Assembly: GCA_964234715.1 (NCBI GenBank)
Contig: OZ174281.1
DNA: 64,000 nucleotides
Reading direction: 5' to 3' (one strand)
From: Podarcis melisellensis
Lineage: Eukaryota
Position numbers and translations under genes: made by a program. Numbering within the stretch: the stretch's first letter is position 1; the number at the start of each line of letters is the position of its first letter. The notes below the pieces were generated by a model that saw nothing but the letters and a program-made list of their open reading frames with translations, was not told the origin of the DNA and did no database searches. Below are positions 27,571-39,047 of the stretch, one piece after another.

Positions 27571-28907
27571 CTCGGGGTAGTTGGTTTCATGAACTTAGCA
27601 AGAGGAAACAATAGTTCGTTCAAATTTATTCATTTTTATTATTTATTAGTTCATGCACACACAGCATTCCTTTCTCCCATCTCTCTGTTTTGTGTTTTTC
27701 CTGCCTGTGAAGAGCTTGTAAGCTTTGTAGCCTCTTCAGAGGCCCTCGCCAAGTGTGAAGCGACTGGTAGCTACTGGAGAAAAGGCTTTTTTGGGCGGTG
27801 GCATCCCAGTTACAGAATGCCCTCCCTAGAGAAGCCAACCAGGCGCCTTGTGAGCCTTTGAAACCACTTGATCTTGGATCTGCTGCCTGATGCAGTGGCA
27901 AGATGTGGCTTAACAGAAGGTTACTCTAACCAAGATTTAAGAGCTGCTCATTGTGAGACAGACTCTGGAATAGGAATTCAACTGGTTTTGGATGGGGAAG
28001 TACTCCTTTCCATATTGGATCACTGCAGCAGGTCTACCTTTGAAGAGTCTTCAGAAGTTACATTTCGCCCAGAATACAGCAGCAAGCATGTTAATGGGTA
28101 CTTGTTCCTGCCCTGTACTTGTTACTAGATTCCCTTTCAAGCATAAAGCAAAATGTTGGTGATTGCATTTGAAGCCCAAAACGACTCAGATGCAGGATAT
28201 ATTGGGAACCACCACCTCTCACCCTCTAAAGACCCAGTAAAAATATCCTTCTCTGTGTCTCACTTGCAATGGAGGTGCAATTGGCCAGGAATGCCCATGC
28301 CCAGATTATGAAATACCTTGCCCCAGAAGTATTGTTGGGCCTGTTGGGAGTTTGGTGGGAGAACTATAGTTAATGAGCATACAAGGATTGTGTTTTTGTT
28401 TCTCCACCCCACCCCAGCTTAATTTTAATGAATGTGTTGTGTTTGTTGTTTTGTTTTGTTTTTGTAAAAATGCCTTGAGTTGCTTGTGGTGGGAAAAGGC
28501 ATCTAATAAATGTAATTAATAATAATATATCAGTTTCATCATGGCTTGTTTGAACTAACCACAATGACGCACCATGGGTATAATGAGGATTTGTTCAAAT
28601 TAAAACTGAATGCTTCTGATCTCTGTCACATACGACAGAAAGAGAGGGGACCGGGGTTTTCAAGAACAAGGTTCATGAAGGTACATTCATATAATGCTAA
28701 ACCAAAGTTTAGTGTTACATCCAAAACCGAGAAATAACTTATTAAAGATTCAGAAAGGCATAAAGGCACTGCACAAATTATGCAAACAATTAAAAATTGG
28801 TCAAAGTCATGATTTTATTGCAAAATAAGTGCCTTCCTCATAAGCAAGTTAATATTACAAAGTACAGTCAATATTAAACTGTTTATTCATAATCTTGGTT
28901 GAACATT

Positions 28908-29078
28908 TTATTTCCACGATTTATTTAAAGTTCCACGATGGCTACCAGCTGTTAAAGTTGATGTAAAAGTGATTCCATATCTTGAACTTAGTTGTTTCAA
29001 ACACTTTTCATATTGAGTATTAAGTTTTATGGCTTCTTGAAGTGCATATTTTAGATCTTCTATTTCATCAAAAAAATC
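28908..29078 (-). CDS. CEP290-like gene exon 7 (DFFDEIEDLKYALQEAIKLNTQYEKCLKQLSSRYGITFTSTLTAGSHRGTLNKSWK*)
   Basis: tttttag| acceptor, TAA stop, AATAAA about 20 nt downstream; FF[DE]EIEDLKY motif as in the CEP290 C-terminus. Confidence 0.9.
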   Translation of the reverse strand, partial: DFFDEIEDLKYALQEAIKLNTQYEKCLKQLSSRYGITFTSTLTAGSHRGTLNKSWK

Positions 29079-29672
29079 CTAAAAAGTAATACCACACACA
29101 GTATTTTAATTAAGTACTACTTCCTAGTTTGTCCATTCTTGTATTCATCACTGAAGTAGTCTTATAGGAAACAAACCATCTTTAATAAAAAAAAAAAGTT
29201 TTACAAGAACTCAAGATTTGCTAATGAAAAGCCCAAATTTTAATTTGCTTGGAATATTACTCCTCTTAACATCTAACAGATGCAAGATTCTAATCAATGG
29301 AAGATTTTGTGAACTACAATGTGTGCCAAATCCTATTCAACAAGTAATTAGAGGACTTCTGGACAAGTTCACAGTGTGGTACTGAAGGCTTGGCTTGATT
29401 ACAATTTTTTTCCGTTAATTTCTCAGTTAGTTTGGGATGTTGTTTTGTTTGTACACTGAAAAAGACCAGTCAAAGAAATGAATTCAACTGCTCATTTATT
29501 AAACCTAAACTGTTGGACTGCCCCTATCCTGCGACCTGTCCAGTCGGATTGTCCCTTCTCCCCCACTTTACATTTTATAACATTTATGTGTTTTAGTATT
29601 TGAAAACTAAATCACCTTGGATGTTTAGGCAGAAAGGTGGTATATAAGTGCAATAAGTAATGATAAAGTTAC

Positions 29673-29770
29673 CTTATCTAACGCAGCAAGCTCATTTCTC
29701 AACATTCTTCTTTCTTTAGACAATGATTCATTTTCCATCTTCAGACGCTGAATCTCAAAAAGCAGTTGGT
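29673..29770 (-). CDS. CEP290-like gene exon 6 (DQLLFEIQRLKMENESLSKERRMLRNELAALDK)
   Basis: tactatag|...AAG|gtaac, 98 bp. Confidence 0.88.
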
Positions 29771-30025
29771 CTATAGTACAATAAAAACCATTAGGAGCTC
29801 ACTAAAAGATAAAATCATGTTACATATTCATATTTTTAAAAATATGCTTATATCTTCAGGCAATTTTCTTTTCTAATAACGCCCTGTATCAAAGAAAGTA
29901 TTGGAATTTAACCCAGCTAGCTGGAAACCTCCATGAATATTGTCAATACTGTTTCAGTTATAATTTTAATAACTTTATTCAGACATAACATGCCAAAGAA
30001 ACATGATCACAAAGTATATGTTTAC

Positions 30026-30194
30026 CTAAATATTTGCAGGAACAGCTCCCCTTCTTTTTACACATACATTTGTAAGACCCATTTTTTTTCTGTAGTGGAT
30101 CAGTTTTGTCCTTTGGTAACATCTTTTTACTTTCCAGCTCCTTCATCTTTTGGTTTGCTAAGTGAAGTTGGTGTTCCATATCATTAATTTTAAT
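30026..30194 (-). CDS. CEP290-like gene exon 5 (IKINDMEHQLHLANQKMKELESKK...YKCMCKKKGSCSCKYL)
   Basis: ttttatcatag|...G|gtaaac, 169 bp. Confidence 0.85.
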
Positions 30195-31055
30195 CTATGA
30201 TAAAATAGTAGAGTATTTGTAATAAGCATTTAAATTAATACTATATCTAGCATCCTTGGAAGCACACTTTACACACTTTACTAAACTTTATTGTCATCAG
30301 AAGCTAGCAACAAAAATGTGAGAGAAAGGGAGTCAGATTCCCATCAAAATCAAAAGATGAAAGTGTGAGATGGAAATGAGAAATATTATAGACTCAATCT
30401 ATGCCTGCAACATTTCATACATTGCATATTGTTCATTTTGTGTCAGTTATATGAACTTTTACTAGCGTCTTCAGGGCTGTCTGCTATACTCATCTGTTGG
30501 CAGGGGTGCATGCAGCTCCAATCCAATAAATGCACTATGCAAGCAACTCCAAACACTAAACACAATGTCTTTCATCCATACAGGATCTTAAACATGCAGC
30601 CACGTTTTAAAGAAAATATCTGCTTGCTTATTTTTTTCTTTATGCAAATCACCTTTGCTACATCAGATGCTGAAAGCTAATGTCTATCCCATGCTTCCCA
30701 AGAGTTTGGAGCTTATAGTAACAGTTAGGCACAATAAAAACAAAATGTCCAATTAAATTATGGTTAATTATCCAACACTTGACTAATTCTGGCTATTAAA
30801 ATGCCAGCCTAAAGAAGGCTCCTCCCCTAACACCCCACTACTTATTGCATTATCCCCATATCAGATAAAACCTAATTTACAGTAGGGAATCACTGAGATT
30901 GGTATTGTTTGAGGGAAATGTCATGAGGACTATGCAGATTTGATGGAAACACAAATAGCTGAAAACACACAGTAAACTCCAGTGTGGACAAGCCCTAAAT
31001 CTTGAGCATTCTTTTAAAGTAAGAGTTTACATGAAATCATATGACCAGAACTTAC

Positions 31056-31146
31056 AGAAAGTCTTGCAATGGTTTCACATTGTCCTTGGTTTGTTTTTAA
31101 TTCTTTATTATACCTTTTCTGTAGATTATGATACAACTGGAGTACT
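31056..31146 (-). CDS. CEP290-like gene exon 4 (VLQLYHNLQKRYNKELKTNQGQCETIARLS)
   Basis: tgtttcag|...TCT|gtaag, 91 bp. Confidence 0.85.
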
Positions 31147-32002
31147 CTGAAACAGCAAACAGACAAGAATGATAACAAACTGCTGATTTTCCTAATACAG
31201 ATATAGAAATGCTTGTTCAAACCCCTCTGAAACGAACTGGCAGCATCTGGCAGCAGGGCTTGGTGGATTCTATTCACTACATGCAAAATGTTTGTTTTGA
31301 TTTGATTTGATAAACACTGAAATCCAGGATGTGAAAGATGAGGTTTACGGAGGTGGAGTGGCTGGGTGTGGGTGACAATGATGAGTAAAAAAAGAGAAAA
31401 AGGCAAGTATACCGGGAGAGGCCTCAAAGAACCAACAAACTCAGGGCTGCCCTTGGCCTATCACTGCTGGCCACACTTCCAGGACTACAACTCAGCTGGG
31501 GAATGAAGCAGAAGGAAGCTGAGATGGGGAAGTTAGAGACATGACCAGCAGAAAATGACTCCCTGCCCAACTCTACAGATCTGAGAAAGACTATAGCAAT
31601 AACAGCAGTGGCAGCAGGAAGGGGAACCCTAATTCCCTACTGTCCCCAGTGAGATCTAGAGTAAAAAGAATCTAACTGAGGGCTTGGTGACACAATTTTA
31701 AAATGGCCTAGCTGACAAAAGCAAGATTTGCTAGCTGATACTAAGTGTTCATTGTGAGAAAATAATGTAACTCACACAGCAGTAAATTGGATGAATCCAC
31801 TGACAAAAATGTAATACGCCAAAATAGAAGCTCATTTTTAAAAAATGAGAAGGAATTGTTTTTCTTTATCCTCTGCTGCAATACTATTCACACTTAACTG
31901 GAAATACATCTCCATGACCGCAAGCAGACTAATGTTTTAAGTAAATATGCAAAGAATCAGATTCATAGCAGAGATACATCTAACTATACTTGCACAACTT
32001 AC

Positions 32003-32089
32003 CTAGCATTTTCCTTTACTCCTTCATGTTCCTTACGATAAAACCCATCGTCTTTAAGGGGTAAGTGGATTTCTGTTTGAACTGGCACA
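32003..32089 (-). CDS. CEP290-like gene exon 3 (DVPVQTEIHLPLKDDGFYRKEHEGVKENAR)
   Basis: acttag|...AG|gtaag, 87 bp, phase 2-2. Confidence 0.8.
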
Positions 32090-33374
32090 CTAAGTTAAAC
32101 AAATATGATAACTTAAAATCTCTTCCCCAAGCATGAACATTTTTCTCTTTCTTAATAGTATATTCTGAAGCAATTAAAAACGTTAATGCGAAAAATAATC
32201 TGTGGCCTCAAAAGCTACATACTTGTATTTTGATTTTTATCATCTGGATATATTAGGAAAAACAGCAGTGAGATAACGGAAGTTCAAAAAAGTACATTAT
32301 CATTGATCATAGAACATGGTCCCATAGTCTAAAGGCACAAGCACATCAGAACATGGTATGAAGGCTATCAGTTTGCTGAGGCTAAGCAGGTCTAGGTCTG
32401 GCAAGTACCTATATAGGAGACACCCTAGGAACCACATGTACACTGCTTTGGGGTATGACTGGAAAAAGATGGGATATAAATGTATGGGGGGAACTGAATA
32501 TATATGTTCATTAATTTTTTTTCAGCTGGACAGTCAAGATTTACATTTGGTGAAATGGGTTTTTTTTTGCTCAGACAACAATATTTTCCCCCAGAAATAA
32601 TATTTCCACCTCTTAAAAAGCATTAATATATCCCATTTTCAGACAATGAATAAGTAATTCATTCAATGACAAATTTACTTGCCCCAATTTTTATTATTAT
32701 ATATAAACTACTACTGTGAACATAGTCCTTGTTCAATGTCTTCAACTCACACAGACTTGCTTTAGGAGTACTTTAATGTAAAAACTGTGCAAATATTACC
32801 TAAAGTACTACATCAAATATGACCATAAGAACAATTATGGATTCTCAAACTACTGCTTCTTAAGTCAGCTTTCCTATAATATCTCATGGCTGCAGTCTGC
32901 ATTAGGTACGTCAAAAAGCTATGAAGTCTGTGGAAGTATATAATGAGCTATTTGAAGACCCAGCACAATTTACAGAGCATGGCTGCGCATGGGAGACAAT
33001 ATCTGCCTAATCATCCCAAAAAATCTAATGAGTCAAGAAGAGGAATTAATGTTCAATATTTATCCTTCTTCAAGAGAAAAGTAAGTATAAACCCATCTAT
33101 CCAGAAACGTACTTTTTCATGAGTCATAGTATAAACACTCCCAAAACTCAAATTTAAATGTTTTGAAGAGTGTTTAAAATTATTTCCCAGGCTGCAAAGT
33201 GCAACCTTACTTCAAACCTGATGCATAGCAAACTACAACCTGTGCTCTCCCTGCCCAAGGGTTTGTCAAACTACAGATCCTATCACCCCTGGCCATTGGC
33301 TATGCTGGCTGGGTCTAAACCAGATCTTTAGCTGGGAACATGGACATCTAAGGAGCAAAGGAGCAAAATCTTAC

Positions 33375-33517
33375 TCTTTCTTTGTGACACAAATAGGCAG
33401 CGACTTCTTTTGCCCTTGCAGTTTTTCTTGTAACTGTGCCCAATCATATTCCAACTGCTTGTTTTTTAGGCGCACATGCCTCAGCTTTTTAAGCAGCAAC
33501 TGATTTTCTTGCTGGAG
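33375..33517 (-). CDS. CEP290-like gene exon 2 (LQQENQLLLKKLRHVRLKNKQLEYDWAQLQEKLQGQKKSLPICVTKK)
   Basis: ttcccttttccag|...GA|gtaag, 143 bp, coiled-coil character. Confidence 0.85.
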
Positions 33518-33956
33518 CTGGAAAAGGGAAGGAAAAAACGTTTCTTATGTTAGAAACAGATGCAGTTAGTTAACTAGTGCAATGGAATAGTTCTCACTGT
33601 GTAAAACACCCTACTTTAGCTTTCCTTCTTTAAGGATGTTCTCCCTTTAACCAAAATACTTGCAAAACCTAACCTAGAATAGAAAGTTCTTTGCCTGTAT
33701 TATTATTATTCCGAAGTGAGATACCACAACCCAAAAGGCTCTCGCTGCAGGTAACGGGGTGGACGGGGTGTGGCAGTAAGAAGGAAATTTGCAGAGGACC
33801 TCAATGCACAAGAGAGGCTGCTGTGTGTTTGGAACAAGGGCAGAAGATGCGGGGAGACAGCGGGAGCCGTCCAGCTGCCACCGCCTTGTGGTGAACCGAA
33901 TGCGTCTCTCTAGACACTGACAGAAGCCGCCCGGGGAGGCACTTTCCGTCACTCAC

Positions 33957-33989
33957 TTGGAGGCACTTGTGAACTGACGGCAGCGCCAT
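33957..33989 (-). CDS. CEP290-like gene exon 1 (MALPSVHKCLQ)
   Basis: ATG in CpG island, donor CAA|gtgagt; start codon choice (33989 vs 34034) uncertain. Confidence 0.7.
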
Positions 33990-34039
33990 CCACTTCCCTC
34001 CTACAGCCTCCCACACGGAGTGGACGCCAAACATCCGGG

Positions 34040-34560
34040 GAGGGTCACGTGCCCTTCCCCGAAAGATACAACCAATGAAACGGCGGGAGGGGAGGGGCCT
34101 TCCTTTTTAGCGGGCCGTAGCCGCCGGGTTTCCAAGTTCAATGGCTTAAACTTAAAAGCCTATTATCTGCGACGAGTTTGCAAAGGGAGAAAAGGCCCCC
34201 ATGTACGAGCTGTCCAATGTCGCGCCTGCGCTACATGAGTAAAAGTAGTACGGATGGATACAGACGGATAAAACCATGTATCCTGCGCCCGATGAATATT
34301 ATAAAAACCCTGCCTACTCCTAGGCGGGCCCCACGCCGCTAAAGCGCAAGTGGTGAAAGGTAGCGAAACCGACTTGTTTATGTTGGAGGGACGAATTCTA
34401 TGAGGTCATCCAAATGCGACTGCGGTTTCAGGCCCCCCTTCGGAATTTCGGCTTCTGGGTTACCATGGTGACAAGATTCTGACTTGGCTAAGTGACCCCG
34501 TGTCACCAGCCCAGCACTGAAACGTAACAAAGGGATAGCGATTCGGTTTCGAAAGGAACT
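34040..34560 (-). promoter_or_regulatory. CpG-rich promoter of the CEP290-like gene with RFX X-box (GTTACCATGGTGAC, 34459-34472)
   Basis: The reverse complement GTCACCATGGTAAC matches the X-box consensus GTHNYYATRRNAAC; CCAAT motifs near 34072 and 34214; CpG-rich. Confidence 0.65.
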
Positions 34561-36538
34561 TCCTTTGTAGTCAAAGCTCGTTGAGAATATAGGAGAATTA
34601 ACATGCACGCAAACACTTACGAACTTAAATCTGCCAAAATATAGTATAGCATTGGCTTTTGTAGAACTCTAAAGGCACACATTTATTATGGGGAAATTGT
34701 AAGTTTTTAAGGGTCCACAATACTCTTTGTTTTCACTGCAAGAGACTCTCACAGCTTCCCTTCTGGAAACTGCCAAAATATTAAAAATTTGATGTCGTGG
34801 GTGTTTAATTAATGTCATATTGCCAATCTTTTAAGGCTAAATAGTATATCTGAGAGTTATCCTGCACTGTCTGAGAATCTTAGACACCTGCTTAACTTAC
34901 TGGCAAAAGGAATTAATTGAAAGTTAGGTGAGCAAACCTTTTATATAAAAATACAAATAACTTTTCATTTTATTTGAAGCCTAACAAACCAGGCTATTTT
35001 TTGCTGGATTAACTAGACAAGAACAAAAAGGAACTGGAAAGTAAGGGTTGTGTCCTGCTCTGGCCTATCATAATATATGTTAAGCCTTTAAAAGATGAAT
35101 TATTAGAAAACTTAAGAAACTGGATAGCCGTAAAATCATGCAGTGCTAAATTTAGATGCACAATGCATCTGCTTCTAGATGAGTGTTTACAGCATTGCAG
35201 CCATAAGCTATTTAGCTATGAGCCTGTATCCACATGAGTCCCATTCTGTAGGATTTACATCTAGGGTTACAGTTAGCAATTTAAGCAAAATTATTCCTAA
35301 TTTACCAGCTGGCAGCTGCACAGGTTACAGGGACGTTTGTTTCAATTTCAAGTTAAAAGACCAGCAGACCTATCGGAAAATTTAGTACGGTAAGCCCACA
35401 AGTTACACACATATAACTTGTGCATATTCAGCTTTACACACTTAGTCGTCCCCCCCTTTGGGGGGGGAGTAGGCATCTGGGGAAAATACTTTGGCAACCA
35501 ATGTGTCTTGACTCTTGACTGTACACAATTTTGGCTTTAGGCACAATCCCCAGAATATTAACCCCCACATAAGTTGTGGGCTTACTGTAATTAACGACAA
35601 CAAATGCAATTACAGTGAAAGTGAAATAGATCAGAACACAGTCTCAATACAAGATCACTATTAAGATCAAATATATGTAAAGATTCCTAATATTTATAGC
35701 ATACAGGGATGAGGCTACTTGTTACAATTACTGCTAATTTATCCTCCCCAAACATCTCTAGACACACTGCTGACTAAAAATGCAACTAGGCCACACACAC
35801 ACACACACACACCCTTTAATGAAACCTGGTTTGGGGCAAAATGCTTGAAAATGCAATCCATACGAAGGCATCCACACCCCTTCTCCACCCACCAGGCATT
35901 GGACAATTGGGAAACACATATGTGCAAATGTGATAGAAATGCACTGGTAATGTTCACACAGCCTCAGTTACCGATTGCTGGTGTTTGTAGCCATCATAAT
36001 GGATGCCCAAATTAGCTGCATCTGCAGTTTGTATGCTAACATAATCTTGCCACAATTAATCTTGCAAACATCCAGGATTCTCTGGGTTTTTTGTTTTACT
36101 CTCATACTAATAAATAGAGCTACCTAGGAAATTTATTTGGAAACTTCAACTAGTTCAGAGCAGTGTGACCAGCTGAACTTAGACAATCATGCTGATCAGG
36201 TATTGCCAGTGCTGAAAGGCCTTCACTGCCTTGCTATTGATTTTGAGACCTAATTCAAAGGACATTTTATTTGTTTTTTTATAATAATAAAAAAAACTTG
36301 TAAAGTCCTATGTAGCCTCTCTGAGCACTAGCCTACTCTCTCTAGTTCATGTGACCATATTTCTGGATAGGAATATGTGAAGGAATAATCATAATCACAT
36401 ACCATGGCAATACACTCTGGAGGATCAGGAGAACATGTGGCAGGGGAAGTAGAGATTTTTCCACCAGACAAACAGAAATGCTTGTGCTGATGGAATTATC
36501 TCCTTAGTGCTGCATTGAATTCCGCCCCAAATCTGCTT

Positions 36539-36657
36539 GGGTAGTATTCAACTAAGTTTTACACAGAGTAGAGCCATATAAATTAATGGACCTAACTTAG
36601 TCATGTTCATTCATTTCAGTGGGTCTACTCTGACTATAACTCAGTTGAATACTACCC
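36539..36657. mobile_element. Short palindromic MITE-like element
   Basis: Perfect 15-bp TIR GGGTAGTATTCAACT / AGTTGAATACTACCC with an inner inverted CAGAGTAGA / TCTACTCTG. Confidence 0.7.
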
Positions 36658-37408
36658 CATATAAACGTAGGCATGTTGGCTCTGCAGTGTGATCAGGAAC
36701 TCTACAAAATGCAGAGTCTCCAGATATACAGTATAGCAATTCCATGTCTATGCCAAACTTTCCAAGTAATAAAGGCACAATCCTACTCCCATCTCCACAA
36801 ATTCATTATCATGGTTATGATTGCATGAACATGGCTCCAAGTAACACCAATAGGATATTAAACAAAGAAGCAGTTCGATTTTTTATAGGAAAAGAGGTGC
36901 TGGAACTCACCCTTGTTCTCTTAGAATGGCACCGGAACTGAGTACTGGTGAGTTCCAGATGAAAAATAGCCCTGCAAATAAGTAACTGGCATATGAATAT
37001 GACTAATCCAACAGTCCTGTTAAGTGTGACTTACTCCCAGGTAAGTGTGTATATTATTGCAGTCTTAGTAGTATTCATAGAATCATAAAATTGTAGAGTT
37101 GGAAGTAACCCTGTGTCATCTAACCCAATCCCCCGGCAATACAGGAATCTTGCTCACAGCCATCCCTGGGTGGACTCGAATCACCAACCTTCTGGTAAAT
37201 AGGCAGATAAACTGACCCACTGCTGAAGGGACTCCTCACTGTAGATCTTTCTGTTAAAGGAACATAGGAAGCTGCCCTCTAGTAAGTCATATCATTGGTA
37301 TATCTAGCTCACTACTGTTAACACTGACTGGCAACAGATACACAGGGTTTTTTTCTCAGCCCTATCTGGAGACACTTGGCATTTCTGCTAGGACCTTTTG
37401 CATGCAAA

Positions 37409-37704
37409 TTCGAATCCCCACAATTGGGTGAGCTCCCGTTGTTCAGTCCCTGCTTCTGCCCACCTAGCAGTTTGAAAGCATGTCAAAGTGCAAGTAGATA
37501 AATAGGTACCACTCCAGTGGGTAGGTAAAAGGCGTTTCCGTGCGCTGCTCTGGTTTGCCAGAAGCGGCTTAGTCATGCTGGCCACATGACCTGGAAGCTG
37601 TCTGCAGACAAACGCCAGCTCCCTCGGACAGTAAAGCGAGATGAGTGCCGCAACCCCAGAGTCATTTGCGACTGGACCTAACGGTCAGGGGTACCTTTAC
37701 CTTT
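37409..37704 (+). mobile_element. Sauria SINE, 5'-truncated
   Basis: Same body as 439-792; tail GGTACCTTTACCTTT. Confidence 0.88.
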
Positions 37705-38867
37705 TAGACATGAAAGATTGTGCTGTTGGATTTTGATCCTTCAGAGGCAGAGTAATTTTTTATTTCATTGCATTTCTCTAAATTAAATCAGGATATAGAA
37801 ACATTGCACATTCATTCTACAGAAGATAGAAACTGCAGAGACCTGAGTGAACTGCAACTTTTACAGAGGCTACATGACTTTTTAAAACATAATGACACCT
37901 GGTGATCAAATGGATTTCAGTCTCATCAGGCAGAGGCTATTTTTAGTTAACAGCACCGAGAAGTCAAGTTATGAAAGTCTGTGGTTATGAAATATCGACT
38001 TCCTGGGGTTATGAAAGGTATATTAGAGCACGGTTCAACAGCTAGGAACCACCTGTCATTCACAGTAAACTAAACTAAGGAGTTGGAGGGACTGGGATAA
38101 AAATACAGCTCTGTTGTTATCACTGTTCCATTGAGCTATGGTTCTTTCCCCAGAATCCTTTTGAAATTCTTAATCCTTACTTACAGCAAGAATTGGAAAC
38201 GTGGCAGTTACTGCACTCCCAGCTCCCACCATCCAGGACCACTGGCCATAATGGCTGGGGCTGATGGGAGTCCAGGGACATCTGGAGCAACACTGTTTCC
38301 CTCCCCTGGGACATTTTAATATACTTTCAATATAACTTTGCAGCATGTAATTTCAAGAATGAAAATTATATTTGCACAGGTATTCACTGTTGTTCAGTGA
38401 AACCAGGGTGCTCTTAAATAATAAAACTGACAAATATTGGTTATTTATTATTTATATACCGCCATCAATGTAGATGGCCGTGTACATAATTAAAATAAGA
38501 AATTCTAACCCAAAGAGTGTACAATCCAGTTCAGTGCTAAGTATTTGTATAGCTGCAATGCTTAAGTGTCCACAGTATCTTTATAAGGGAAGATGTTGGG
38601 GAGAAAAAAATGGGAGCAACTGGCTACACCCCTCTGAACTGATTGGCCATGCCCCCATGACTTCCTCGCAGCCCTTACCAGTCTAGTAGACATGGTGGCA
38701 AGTAGCAGGTTTGGCGTGCACACACACACACAATTAAAACATAATGCAAATGAGATGCATATTTTTTCAAAAAAGAAAAGAAAAAGATAGGATTGTTAAC
38801 AGTCTCAGCTTTATTGCTACATACAGGCTCCCTGTTCTGTCTGCTCTGTTGTGCAAGTCAGGAGGTA

Positions 38868-39047
38868 AAGCTAAAGCTAAAGGACCCCTTACCGTTAAGT
38901 CCAGTCACGAACAACTCTGGGGTTGTGGTGCTCATCTCGCTTTACTGGCCGAGGGAGCTGACATTTGTCCATAGACAGTTTTTCCAGGTCATGTGGCCAG
39001 CATGACTAAGCCACTTATGGCAAACCAGAGCAGTGCACGGAAACGCC
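38868..39047 (-). mobile_element. Sauria SINE 3' half with 12-bp TSD
   Basis: TSD AGTCAGGAGGTA at 38856-38867 and 39048-39059. Confidence 0.88.

Larger units (their letters stand above)
28908..33989 (-). other. Uncharacterised 7-exon gene encoding a 263-aa coiled-coil protein with a CEP290-like C-terminus
   Basis: CDS join(complement) 33989-33957,33517-33375,32089-32003,31146-31056,30194-30026,29770-29673,29078-28908 = 792 nt. All six introns GT-AG, phases 0,2,2,0,1,0 match, no internal stop. CpG-island start; minus-strand AATAAA at 28887-28882 and 28819-28814. An in-frame upstream ATG at 34034 would give 278 aa. Confidence 0.88.

Noticed and set aside
32375-32440. 5S rRNA-like segment (GAGGCTAAGCAGGTCTAGGTCTGG...GGAGAC)
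   Set aside because: Too diverged and partial for a 5S gene; at most an old 5S-derived SINE fragment.
28908-33989. Calling the new gene CEP290 itself or a processed CEP290 pseudogene
   Set aside because: It is only 263 aa, has its own CpG promoter and introns, has an intact frame, and similarity appears limited to the C-terminal ~70 aa. There is no room for a ~50-exon gene before IMPA2.
37160-37225. tRNA-like sequence with B box on the minus strand
   Set aside because: No full cloverleaf, and joined to a CR1-like tail; a SINE head rather than a tRNA gene.
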